A stretch of 58,850 bases of DNA from Solirubrobacteraceae bacterium (GTDB lineage Bacteria; Actinomycetota; Thermoleophilia; Solirubrobacterales; Solirubrobacteraceae): the NCBI GenBank assembly GCA_036559185.1, contig DATBTP010000155.1, positions 1 through 58,850 of the forward strand. Direction: 5' to 3'. The notes under the pieces were generated by a model. The model was not told the origin of the DNA and did not search any database. It saw only the letters and a list, made by a program, of their open reading frames with translations. Positions 8,280 through 19,265 of the stretch are shown here, one piece after another (positions within the stretch are counted from its first letter, which is position 1; the number at the start of each line of letters is the position of its first letter). The position numbers were made by a program, and so were the translations under genes.

Positions 8280-9452
8280 GTGAGCGCTGAGCTGATCGAG
8301 AGCCTGAGGAACCGCTTCCCGCGTGTGGCGGTAGTTCACGACTGGCTCACCATTCCGGGTGGCTCCGAGGATGTGGTTATCGAGCTGCTCGCCATGTTCC
8401 CTCAGGCGGAGCTGTTCACCTCCGTCTACGACCCGCGTCCGTGGTCGGCGATCATCAAAGAGCGTCCGGTCCACGCCACCTGGCTGGATCGCATCCCGAA
8501 GGCTACGAGTTATTACCCCAAGCTGTTGCCATTGATGACCAGCGCGTTTCGCTCGTTCGATCTGTCTCGCTTCGACCTGGTTCTGTCCAGCAGCCACGCG
8601 TGTGCCAAGAACGTGCGCACCTCAGCCGCCACGCTGCATGTCTGTTACTGCCACACGCCGATGCGTTATGCCTGGGACGAGAGTTTGCTCGAGGGCGAGG
8701 AGATCGGACGCGCGACGCGCGTCGCGCTGCCGTTGCTGTTGCGCCGCTTGCGCCGTCAGGACGTCGAAGGCGCCGGCGGCCCAGATGCTTTCGTGGCGAA
8801 CTCTCAACATGTGGCTGAGCGGATCCGCGGGCACTGGGGACGGGACTGCGAGGTGGTGAATCCGCCGGTTGACGTCGGTCGCCTCCTCAGGCTCCCGCAC
8901 GTGCCCGAGGATTACTATCTGGTGTTTGGCCGTGTCGTGCCCTACAAGCGGGTCGACCTGGCTGTGGCGGCAGGCGTTCGGCTTGGGCGTCACGTGAAGG
9001 TGGCGGGCGAGGGCCGCGCATTGTCGGCGGTGAGAAGCGTGGCTGAGGGACATGCTGGCATAGAGTTGCTCGGCCGCGTCAGCGACATTGAGCGCGACCG
9101 ACTGCTGACTGGTGCGCGAGCACTGTTGTTCCCCGGGGAGGAGGACTTCGGCATCGTCCCGGTGGAGGCTCAGGCGGCTGGCGTGCCTGTCATCGCATAC
9201 GGTGTCGGTGGCGCCACCGAGACCGTCATCGACGGTCAGACCGGCGTTCTGTTCGCCGAGCAAACACCGCGGGCGCTCTCCGATGCGATCGAGCGTTTCG
9301 AGCGGCTGGATATAGACTCGGCGGCGGCGCGTGGTAACGCTGAGCGCTTCGGGCGCGAGCGCTTCCGTCACGAGATGGCCGAGGCGATCGACCGGGCCGG
9401 AGCGTACGTGCGCGAGGAGGGTCGGACCGGTAAACGCGCAGTCGGGTGCTGA
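8280..9452 (+). CDS. Glycosyltransferase family 4
   Basis: VVHDWL..GGSE at the N-terminus; EEDFGIVPVEAQAAG (EX7E) motif. Confidence 0.9.
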   Translation: MSAELIESLRNRFPRVAVVHDWLTIPGGSEDVVIELLAMFPQAELFTSVYDPRPWSAIIKERPVHATWLDRIPKATSYYPKLLPLMTSAFRSFDLSRFDLVLSSSHACAKNVRTSAATLHVCYCHTPMRYAWDESLLEGEEIGRATRVALPLLLRRLRRQDVEGAGGPDAFVANSQHVAERIRGHWGRDCEVVNPPVDVGRLLRLPHVPEDYYLVFGRVVPYKRVDLAVAAGVRLGRHVKVAGEGRALSAVRSVAEGHAGIELLGRVSDIERDRLLTGARALLFPGEEDFGIVPVEAQAAGVPVIAYGVGGATETVIDGQTGVLFAEQTPRALSDAIERFERLDIDSAAARGNAERFGRERFRHEMAEAIDRAGAYVREEGRTGKRAVGC

Positions 9453-9460
9453 GCCTGGCT

Positions 9461-10021
9461 TCAGGTTCCGTCGTGGACGGGCGTCCGGCGGGCGACCCGG
9501 AGCAGGACGCCGACCGCGCCTACGCAGAGCAGACCGAGGATCATGAGCAGGATGTCGGTGGGGCTGAACGTGCCTGTGCTCGAAGCGGAGTCGATCCCCC
9601 CGGTGATGTGTTGAGAGCCACGTTCGCCCCTGGATCCTGTGTCGCCGCCGCCGTTTTCAGAGCTAGGCGTTTCGGCTTCTCTGGAACCCGTCCCTCCGCT
9701 ATTCGCGTGTTTCGATGCGCCCCCGGTGGAGCCAACTGCTCCCGAGCCCGTGGGAGTCGAGCCTTTGCCGGCCGATGTGTTGCCCGACGAGCGACCCGCC
9801 GCGCTCGAAGCGCTTGATCCACCGGATCCCCCCGGTCGACCGCTACCGCCTGAACGCGGGCCTGTGCTTCCGCCACGGTGATGCGGCGTGCCGAGCACGA
9901 GTGCTTCGCCGCCATACGCATCGACGGACGGGACTTCCGCCAGGGCGCTCGGAGCGAGCAGGAGCACAGCCAAAGCCGATGCTGGCGCAATGGATCTCTT
10001 GGCGAGGTGGAGGTAGCTCAT
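9461..10021 (-). CDS. Secreted Gly/Ser/Thr-rich protein with C-terminal membrane anchor
   Basis: From ATG 10021: signal peptide ending ALA-EV, a low-complexity G/S/T body, then a C-terminal TM helix followed by RVARR. Confidence 0.7.
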   Translation of the reverse strand: MSYLHLAKRSIAPASALAVLLLAPSALAEVPSVDAYGGEALVLGTPHHRGGSTGPRSGGSGRPGGSGGSSASSAAGRSSGNTSAGKGSTPTGSGAVGSTGGASKHANSGGTGSREAETPSSENGGGDTGSRGERGSQHITGGIDSASSTGTFSPTDILLMILGLLCVGAVGVLLRVARRTPVHDGT

Positions 10022-10146
10022 GTTGTCGCTCGCGATCGGTTTGCTGTCACCACGATAGCCCGTGATTTGAGTAAGACCGTGTCCCACCACCGCCGGCGCG
10101 ACCGCTACGACGAGGATAGGCGGAATCGCTGTGGTCGCATTCGAGC

Positions 10147-12210
10147 TCAGGACCCCGGAGTGACGATGTGTGGCGCGAGCAGCGTCTGCGCTTCGGCGAA
10201 GCTCAAAGGGCGGCGTTCTCGCAGCCGCGACAACGCCGTTTGGATCGCCGACTCGAGTGGGTTGAGCAGCCGGGCGCGGCGCAGCCGTGCGCTCGCCTGT
10301 GCATAGCGGCCTTCTTCGCCTTCCGCCAAGCCAAGCGCGAACGGCGTCAGCCAATTCTGGCTGTCGTGGCGCTGAGCTTCCAGCAGCCAGGCTCTGGCTC
10401 GCCGGTATTCGCCGAGGTTGAGCGCGATCGAGGCGCCGAGTAGGTACAGCTGACCGTCGAATGGCATGAGATCGGAAGCCGAGCGCACCTCCTCGTAGGC
10501 GTGGGCCGGTTGGCTCTGCCATTCGAGCGTCGCCTCGCGCGCTCTGCGGGCGGCGAGGAAAGGGATCGCAAGGGCAACCATCGCGCCTGCTCCGAGCAGC
10601 ACCGCCACGAGTGCCGCGGCCAGCGAGGACCGGTGGTGGCGAGCGGGCGTTGTGAGCGGGGTCACCCGGCCGAGGGCCCCAGCGGCTGCCGTGAACGCCA
10701 GCGCGGGGACGCTGAGCGCCGGGTACTCCCAGAACCAGTCGATCGACCCCTGTACAAGCCACACGACCAGGAAGACGAGTAGGATCCCGGCGGTTGCTCG
10801 CTCGATCCCGCGCCGACCACGCAGAGCTGCGAGCACGGCCGCGAGCAAGAAGGCCGCGAAGAGCAGTGCGCCAATGAACCCCGTGTGGGTGAGCAGGCGC
10901 AGCTCGATCGAGTGCGTCCAGCGCGGCTGTTCGTAGGTATGGCGTAGTCGCACGTAGCTTGCGGCGAAGTTGTCCTGGCCGGTCCCGCCGATCGGTTTGC
11001 TCGCGAATTCGTGCAGCGCGACCCGCCAGATGTCTGGGCGGTTGCTGGCGAGCGTCGTAAAGTGGCTTGTGCCGCCACCGCTCGGAGACGGCGTGTGAGC
11101 GAACGCTTTCCACGCGCTTTCGACGCGGCCGACGACATGGCCGTGGATCGCAACCAAGGCAACCGTCGCGCCCGCCACCGCGACGGCAACCGCGATAGCG
11201 CGGCTCGTGCGATCCAGGTGTCGCTGCGCTTGCGGGCTGAGTCGCAGCCGCTTGTCAAACGTCACAGCGACAGCGGTGAGGGTGGTGAGCGCGACATCGG
11301 CTAGGACCATGGCGCGTACCGCGTGGTTTCCCTGGGCATGCAGCACGGCGTTCAAGCGCCGCTGCGCGAGCGTTGCTCCTCCCTGTGTGGCCTTGCCGTA
11401 GACGCTGAGCAAGGCCGGCGCCGCCGCCGCCGTGGCCGCGGCGGGCGCGAGCGCGAACAGCAGCAGCCGCATGCGGCCGGGGATGAGCAGCAGCATAAGC
11501 GCGAGTACGATTGGAGCGCTGAACAGCCAGCCCCGGCTCTGACTGAGGACCGCCAGCTGCAGGCAGAGCGCCGCGATCGAAACGCCCGCCACGCGTAGCG
11601 CCACTGGGCCGCTGCGCTGGGCGGCGAGCGCGATCGCGCCGGCCGCGGCGCCCATGAAGAGGACTGCCGCCGCGTTGTAGTAGCCGAGCGGATAGGCGAG
11701 CCTGGCGCCCAGATAGAGGGCGCCCGGCGAGGAGTCGGTGGCGACCCTTACGGTCGTAACGATCGCCACAACGCCGATGCCGCCGACGAGCGCCGCCATC
11801 GCCAATCTCGCCGGTGTGTCTCGCCATGGGAGGATCGCGAACGTGAGGAAGGCCGCGAAGTACACAAGGGCACGGTCGCTGCCGAGGAAAGCGGCGCCTT
11901 GGTCGTGCGCCCACAGCACCGAGGCGAACGACCAGACCACGTAGCCGAACAGAGCGGCGCAGGCGATCTTGCTCATTCGCGTCATGTGAACGCGGCCCAT
12001 TCCAAAAGCGGTCGCGCACAGCAGCGCTATGAGCGTGAGTCCGCCGAGATACCAGGGATCTGGTTCATAACCGGTGTCGAGGGCGGGTTGGGACTCGTAG
12101 CCGCCGCCTGTGGCTACCCAGGCAATCACGACGGCTACCAGGACCGCCGCCGGTAGTAGCGGCAGCATCTCGGAGCGCAGGGCCTTTTTCAGCGCGTCTT
12201 GCGCTCGCAT
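10147..12210 (-). CDS. O-antigen ligase family membrane protein with C-terminal TPR-like region
   Basis: Multiple TMs; SQSRG, R..IWRVA..PIGGTG..NF, and HS..L..L...GFIG motifs; helical TPR-like tail. Confidence 0.8.
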   Translation of the reverse strand: MRAQDALKKALRSEMLPLLPAAVLVAVVIAWVATGGGYESQPALDTGYEPDPWYLGGLTLIALLCATAFGMGRVHMTRMSKIACAALFGYVVWSFASVLWAHDQGAAFLGSDRALVYFAAFLTFAILPWRDTPARLAMAALVGGIGVVAIVTTVRVATDSSPGALYLGARLAYPLGYYNAAAVLFMGAAAGAIALAAQRSGPVALRVAGVSIAALCLQLAVLSQSRGWLFSAPIVLALMLLLIPGRMRLLLFALAPAAATAAAAPALLSVYGKATQGGATLAQRRLNAVLHAQGNHAVRAMVLADVALTTLTAVAVTFDKRLRLSPQAQRHLDRTSRAIAVAVAVAGATVALVAIHGHVVGRVESAWKAFAHTPSPSGGGTSHFTTLASNRPDIWRVALHEFASKPIGGTGQDNFAASYVRLRHTYEQPRWTHSIELRLLTHTGFIGALLFAAFLLAAVLAALRGRRGIERATAGILLVFLVVWLVQGSIDWFWEYPALSVPALAFTAAAGALGRVTPLTTPARHHRSSLAAALVAVLLGAGAMVALAIPFLAARRAREATLEWQSQPAHAYEEVRSASDLMPFDGQLYLLGASIALNLGEYRRARAWLLEAQRHDSQNWLTPFALGLAEGEEGRYAQASARLRRARLLNPLESAIQTALSRLRERRPLSFAEAQTLLAPHIVTPGS

Positions 12211-12320
12211 CGACTGAATCGTGCCCTAGCCCTCGGATGCGATGCGTCGCTTGGGTGGGCAGGCGCCCAGAGCTGGCATACATGCGTACCGCCAGAGATC
12301 GGCTCGCGGTTCCCTCGGAC

Positions 12321-13820
12321 TCAGGATCCAAACGGAGTGACGATGATGTCGGCCGGGTGGTGTAGCGAGAACGATGGGGATGCTTCGCCGTTGCCGACGG
12401 CTCGCAGCACACCCGATCGCGGATCGATCCCTGAGGGGAGCCGACGGGTCGCGGTGAAGATGCCGTCCGCGTCGGTGCTTAGGACCGTGAGCGTTTTCCA
12501 GCCGCCGTTGCGGCGCCACTGGATCCTGACCGCTCCGGTTGATCCGAACGGCTGCCGACCCCAGAGCAGCACCTTGCGTGGGCCGGAGCGGTAGGCCACG
12601 AATGGGAAGCGAAACGAACGCTGCATCGGCTTGGGGGTGTCGCAGGCGATTCCCTGCGGGCAAGCGAAATAAAGCCCCGCTTGCTGTGAGGAGACTTGTA
12701 TGGGTTCGTCGCGCAGCGCGTACCAGGTGAACACACTCACTCCGCCCTGCCACGCGCGGTACAGCGCTTCGGCGACCCAGCGTTGCTCCAACCTGAGCGG
12801 CACTCCGAGGGGGTCCGGCGGGTTGCTGTCCCAGCTGAACTCGGTCACCCAGGTTTGCACCGGCTGAGAGGAGATCAGCGAGCCGGCTTGCTGCGCCGCG
12901 TTGACCAGGGCTGTGAGCGCGCCTAGGTTGTAGATCCACACGTTGTCGGGGTTCACCGAACGTGTCGAGGGGCCGCCTGTGGTGTACGGATGTACGCTCC
13001 ACACATCGGCGTTGACGGTTGCGCCGCACACGCGATGGGGGTGGGATCCGGCCGACATGCACAACAGGCGACGCGTGAATTCGAGCGCCGAGATGGCTGT
13101 CACGGCGGATCTGCTTATTCCGTTGGGGAACAGCGCCCCCGCGATCACGATGTCGTCGCCACGCACGCCGTGGACGGCCGCCGCGAAGTCGTTGATCATG
13201 GTGCGATAGGTTTCGACCGAAACGAAATTGCCGCTTTCCAATTGCGGCTTTAGAAAGAAGCTGGCGTTCGGCTCGTTCCAGACTTCCAGGTAGCGAACCC
13301 ACGGCAAGCCACGGTGCGAGCCGTCGTAGCGTGAGGCCACCGCCTGCGCGAAGAGCGCGAGTTGCGCGGGGTCCGGGTGTTCTTCGCCGCCACCGGCTGG
13401 AGACTCGCCCCACGGCGGCGCGCCGACCAGCGTGAAGAAGGGCGTGAGTCCCTTGGCAACGGCATCAGCTGCCTCTTTGTCGAGATCGCGCCAGCGGTAG
13501 CCGAGGCTGTCAGGGTTCGCCGGTTCGAAGCCGGCCGGGGGGTGGACCGGCGCGATTTCATTCCAGTTCACTCCCAGCCTTATGAGCTGAGCCCCGCTGT
13601 CGTGGATATGCGCAAGCACAAGGTGCTCGTAAGTACCGCTCGCAGGGGTGGTGTCGACCGCCGTTTGCAGCGCCACGCCGAACGCGAGGGTACCCTGAAC
13701 GTTGACGGACATCGCCAGCGTCAGGGCGGCTATCAGTGCTAGTGGGACCGCCAAGATCTTGCGAGGAGGGTGGCCGGGCGCAACGAGTGTCTGACGGAGA
13801 GAGTAGGCGTGTGGTGGCAA
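12321..13820 (-). CDS. Secreted clan GH-A glycoside hydrolase (third, divergent)
   Basis: Signal peptide; EVWNEPN, SVHPY and WVTEFSW motifs; C-terminal beta domain. Confidence 0.78.
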   Translation of the reverse strand: MPPHAYSLRQTLVAPGHPPRKILAVPLALIAALTLAMSVNVQGTLAFGVALQTAVDTTPASGTYEHLVLAHIHDSGAQLIRLGVNWNEIAPVHPPAGFEPANPDSLGYRWRDLDKEAADAVAKGLTPFFTLVGAPPWGESPAGGGEEHPDPAQLALFAQAVASRYDGSHRGLPWVRYLEVWNEPNASFFLKPQLESGNFVSVETYRTMINDFAAAVHGVRGDDIVIAGALFPNGISRSAVTAISALEFTRRLLCMSAGSHPHRVCGATVNADVWSVHPYTTGGPSTRSVNPDNVWIYNLGALTALVNAAQQAGSLISSQPVQTWVTEFSWDSNPPDPLGVPLRLEQRWVAEALYRAWQGGVSVFTWYALRDEPIQVSSQQAGLYFACPQGIACDTPKPMQRSFRFPFVAYRSGPRKVLLWGRQPFGSTGAVRIQWRRNGGWKTLTVLSTDADGIFTATRRLPSGIDPRSGVLRAVGNGEASPSFSLHHPADIIVTPFGS

Positions 13821-13981
13821 GGTCAGATGACTTAGAAGTAGGGGCGGGAGCGGGGGCGGCGCAGGAAGCTGTGATCTACCGGCATGAACACCGCGCGCTG
13901 GTCAACGGCGCGGCACCTTACATCACTCACCATAGGGGATGTGATCCGGGCGCCCGGGGCTGTGGCGGCAGCCGCGTTAAG

Positions 13982-14282
13982 CAACCCTCGGCGGTGAGCC
14001 TGAGCGGGCTGCTCGCTGGAGGTCGAGGAGCTGTCGAGGGGTAGGACGCGAAACGGTGACCGCGAGGTGGACCTGATAGTGGAGCGTCGCGACGGGCGCA
14101 TCCTGGCGATCGAGGTCAAGCTCGCGGGGGTGCCCAAGGATCGTGACGTTCGCCATCTCCGGTGGCTCGCCGGTCAGATCGGGAGCGACCTGATTGATGC
14201 GGTGGTGGTGAGTGCCGGACAGTACGCTTACCGCCGTCCTGACGGGATCGCGGTCGTGCCCGCGGCTCTACTCGGACCCTAA
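13982..14282 (+). pseudogene. Remnant of an AAA-ATPase/DUF4143 family gene
   Basis: C-terminal RTRNGDREVDLIVERRDGRILAIEVK...LGP* (a PD-(D/E)xK-like DUF4143 tail). No ATPase part is present; it is joined out of frame to a short upstream piece (VSLSGLLAGGRGAVEG*). Confidence 0.65.
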
Positions 14283-14355
14283 ATTTCCGCCCTAGCTGAC
14301 CCCAGCCGCAAACCGAGACAGGTCGGAGGCTCCGGGATCAGGCGGCGACATCCCC

Positions 14356-16364
<2,009 letters not shown>

Positions 16365-16473
16365 TCGGCCGAGCACCGCGCCACCGGGCGATCCCCTGGA
16401 CTGGCGGGAGGGTTCTACCGCCATCCCGATTGGCCCCGTATGGGGCGATCCACTAGCCTAGGCGGGTCGCCTT

Positions 16474-16563
16474 GGAAGGGTGGCAGAGTGGTTGAATGCG
16501 GCGGTCTCGAAAACCGTTTCGGGCCTGATTGGTCCGACGGGGGTTCGAATCCCCCCCCTTCCG
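16474..16563 (+). tRNA. tRNA-Ser(CGA)
   Basis: GGAAGGG/CCCTTCC acceptor stem, G discriminator, anticodon loop CT-CGA-AA, long variable arm, GGTTCGAATC T-loop; CCA not encoded. Confidence 0.96.
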
Positions 16564-16600
16564 TTTTTTGGCACGGTTTGACCGTAATCGCGAAAAACGG
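16561..16600 (+). terminator. Imperfect hairpin after tRNA-Ser (possible terminator or processing stem)
   Basis: CCGTTTTT...ACGGT-TTG-ACCGT...AAAAACGG inverted repeat. Confidence 0.35.
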
Positions 16601-16694
16601 CCCGGCTGGGTCGTCGTCCGCTCGCCGTGAGCCCGCGCTCCCGGGATCGGGCTTCCGCTTGCCCTGGTTTGAGCGAGGATAAGATCGGGCTCAC

Positions 16695-17045
16695 GTGGAT
16701 ACCCTCACCGTCTATGAAAAGCCGACGTGCACGGCGTGCCGCAAGCTGCGGGCTCTGCTCGAGGAACACGGCGTGGACTTCGAGTCGATCGACTACCACG
16801 TCACGGGCATCGAGGAGGGTGAGCTGCGCGAGCTCTTGCGCAAGATGGGCAACGGCCCGCGCGAGGTTCTGCGTACGCGCGAGCCGCTCGTGAGGGAGCT
16901 CGGCCTCGATCGGCCGGAGTTGGGCGAGGACGAGCTGATCGCGCTCATGGCTGAGCATCCCGCTCTGGTGGAGCGCCCTATCGTTGTGTGTGGAGATCGC
17001 GCCGTCCTCGCGCGGCCGGTCGAGCGCGCGCTCGAGCTGCTTTGA
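16695..17045 (+). CDS. ArsC/Spx-family (glutaredoxin-type arsenate reductase-like) protein
   Basis: YEKPTCTACRK and HPALVERPIV motifs. Confidence 0.85.
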   Translation: MDTLTVYEKPTCTACRKLRALLEEHGVDFESIDYHVTGIEEGELRELLRKMGNGPREVLRTREPLVRELGLDRPELGEDELIALMAEHPALVERPIVVCGDRAVLARPVERALELL

Positions 17046-17137
17046 GCGTTCTCCTGCCTGGGTAAGAGCACTGATCGTGGCCGTCCGAGCGAGCGTCTCG
17101 GTCGGCTCGCCGTCTCTCGTTGCGGTACCCTTGGGAT

Positions 17138-17311
17138 GTGGCTACCGCGCTCAACAAGGAGCAGCTGCACGATGTGCTCGATCGAGCGGTAATCGTTATA
17201 GACGCTGAGGATCTGGAGCATTCGCGCGAAGATCCGCGCGTGCGGGCGTTTCACCAGAGCGCCGATGAGTTGCTCGCGGAACTCGAAGCCGAAGGCGCCG
17301 AGTACGGCTAG
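17138..17311 (+). CDS. Small acidic protein (57 aa), candidate antitoxin
   Basis: GTG 17138 lies 6 nt after a TACCCT -10-like box (leaderless layout). Protein: MATALNKEQLHDVLDRAVIVIDAEDLEHSREDPRVRAFHQSADELLAELEAEGAEYG. Confidence 0.55.
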   Translation: MATALNKEQLHDVLDRAVIVIDAEDLEHSREDPRVRAFHQSADELLAELEAEGAEYG

Positions 17312-17868
17312 AGGCCGACCCACTGCCGCAGCAGGCTGTTGTTGCCGGGAACCCGTTGCTGGGAGTCGCTGAACCCGAAGCGCTCGCGCCACATCTTCGC
17401 TGTTTGCTGGTCGAACGGGTCGATCACCAGCACGGTTGCGCCTACGTGAGCCCGAGCGCGCCGTGCTATGGCGGCCGCGTGGCGTAGCAACTCCTCGCCG
17501 CTACCAGGCGCGCTGGCGGCTCTGGCGATTTGGGCGAGCAGGATGGCTGGTTGGGTGCGGTAGCGGACACCACCCAGCTCTTCGCGCTCGTCGGCGTCGA
17601 GTGCGATCTGAGCGGCGCAGAGGGCGTATACGCCTGTGACTCGACCCCGATTGAGGCGCACCCGCACCGTCGCCTCTTGCGGCTCGCGAAACGCGTAGTC
17701 GGCCAGCCATTCCGCAACGCTCTCTCCCGCTGGGCCCGGGACGGGTTCGAAGGCGCGGATCGCGTCCTCGAGCTGGGGCAGCGCCCGCATGACGGCGCGG
17801 TCGACGCGCACATATGCGCGGGGCCGCTCGAGCGGATCGCCTGTTGTTGGAGGGCTGGGGACGGTCAT
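17308..17868 (-). CDS. GNAT acetyltransferase resembling AtaT/TacT toxins
   Basis: VTGVYALCA...QPAILLAQIAR....GSGEELL...VGATVLVIDP......W...FGF follows the AtaT/TacT motif order. Confidence 0.65.
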   Translation of the reverse strand: MTVPSPPTTGDPLERPRAYVRVDRAVMRALPQLEDAIRAFEPVPGPAGESVAEWLADYAFREPQEATVRVRLNRGRVTGVYALCAAQIALDADEREELGGVRYRTQPAILLAQIARAASAPGSGEELLRHAAAIARRARAHVGATVLVIDPFDQQTAKMWRERFGFSDSQQRVPGNNSLLRQWVGL

Positions 17869-18205
17869 CGGCGGTGGTTTTCGGTCAGGTTCCGGGTAGG
17901 GGGCGCATCGAGTTCGTCGAGGGGGCGCGTCGTCGAGGTGCGCATCGGGTTCGTCGAGGGCATCACGTTCGTCGAGCGGATCCGTTCGTCCCGGCGTATC
18001 TGTGTGTCTGGCGCGTCAACTCGGGTTGTGTCCTCTGAACGTTTTGGAGGAAGGAGATAGTTCGTCTGACGACGATCTACTGAACAACGCGAACCCTACT
18101 ACAAATAGACTCAGTGTGGTGCTTTGTCCGCGCGAGTGGGCGTGCTCGGATCAGGGAAGGCGGTTGCGACGTAATCGCTCCGGGGCGAAGCCGCGCGAGC
18201 GCTCG

Positions 18206-18514
18206 TCAGGCCTGAGAGGGCGCCTCGCGGGGCGCGACCACATAAACGATGTGCGCCCGCGCGACCGCGAGGAACGGATGGCGCTCGAGCGGGCCGCCGT
18301 CGAGCGGCTGGAGGGTGACGTCGGTGAGCGTGAGGAAGTCGCGCTCCGAGGCGTTCAATACGTCGGACACGCGGCTGCGGTAGCCGTCGCGGGCGAGCAC
18401 GAGCAGGCCCTCGATGCGATGGCGTTGCGTCTCGACGCGGATGCGCTCGCGTCGCTCCTCGGTCCCGTGGTGCTCCTGCTCGATGCCGTGCCCTTGCTCG
18501 GCGGCGTTGCTCAT
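18206..18514 (-). CDS. Small beta-rich hypothetical protein (DUF6812-like)
   Basis: RIEG......YRSRVSDVLN...RDFL.LTDV...FLAV.R.HI pattern. Confidence 0.6.
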   Translation of the reverse strand: MSNAAEQGHGIEQEHHGTEERRERIRVETQRHRIEGLLVLARDGYRSRVSDVLNASERDFLTLTDVTLQPLDGGPLERHPFLAVARAHIVYVVAPREAPSQA

Positions 18515-18532
18515 CCGTTCATTATCGGGCTT

Positions 18533-19189
18533 TCAGGGCACGATGATCGTGAAGGCATAGCCGTTTGCGAGCGCTTTGCCTGGTTCGTAAGTGTCCACCT
18601 CGAAATCGCCCGCTCCGCAGTGGGCGCTCTTGGCGTTGAGCGCGACGAGCCCTGGTGCTTCTGAGGCGCTGTAGGAGCTCTCGGACGACACCGCCGCTGG
18701 CTGCGCCGCCGCGGCGATCGGCGGCGAGGGCGCCAGGCAGTACTCGCCCTGGGCGACGCGTTGGATGGCGGCGAAATTGCGCGTCTGAGCCGGCACGAGG
18801 CCTTTCGTGGAGGAGCTCGATTCGACTTCGGCTGGGTTCACGACCGCATAGGCTCGGGCGGTTCCCTCGGGACCGGTCGGTCCGGGAGGTCCGGGAGGCC
18901 CTGTCAACCCCGTCTTTCCGGGGGCGCCGGTTTTCCCGGTGGCTCCGGTCTTGCCGGTTTTCCCGGTGAATCCGCGCGGTCCTGGGGGTCCGGGCAGCCC
19001 TCGCAAACCCCGGGGTCCGCGCACTAGGCACTCGCGTATCCTGTGTTTGGCGATATGCGCGATGAAGCATTTCGAGGCCGAAGTGTGCGCGGTCGGCATA
19101 ACCGAGATCCCGGCGAGCGCCGGCACGGCGACGGTCATCGCGCCGAGCACGGCCGGTGTGGCGAGCAGTGTGAGCGTGCGATGTCGCAT
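18533..19189 (-). CDS. Secreted collagen-like protein
   Basis: Signal peptide, 18 consecutive Gly-X-Y triplets, and a C-terminal globular domain with two Cys. Confidence 0.85.
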   Translation of the reverse strand: MRHRTLTLLATPAVLGAMTVAVPALAGISVMPTAHTSASKCFIAHIAKHRIRECLVRGPRGLRGLPGPPGPRGFTGKTGKTGATGKTGAPGKTGLTGPPGPPGPTGPEGTARAYAVVNPAEVESSSSTKGLVPAQTRNFAAIQRVAQGEYCLAPSPPIAAAAQPAAVSSESSYSASEAPGLVALNAKSAHCGAGDFEVDTYEPGKALANGYAFTIIVP

Positions 19190-19265
19190 CCTCTGGAGCG
19201 CTCCTCCCGTGTCGTGTATGGGTCCTTCGATCCCCTAACCGACGGGACCCTCCGAAGATGCGGAG

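Noticed and set aside
10022-11113. N-terminal part of the 550-aa ORF 9461..11113
   Set aside because: Out-of-frame overlap with the ligase gene; the signal peptide begins at ATG 10021.
13821-14040. Third riboswitch upstream of the third hydrolase
   Set aside because: No GGCA...GCAAA junction or GNRA/receptor pair is visible on the minus strand.
17865-17966. 33-codon minus-strand ORF overlapping the GNAT start (ATGA) as a canonical upstream antitoxin
   Set aside because: Too short, made of local TTCGTCGAG repeats, and has no RHH pattern or SD.
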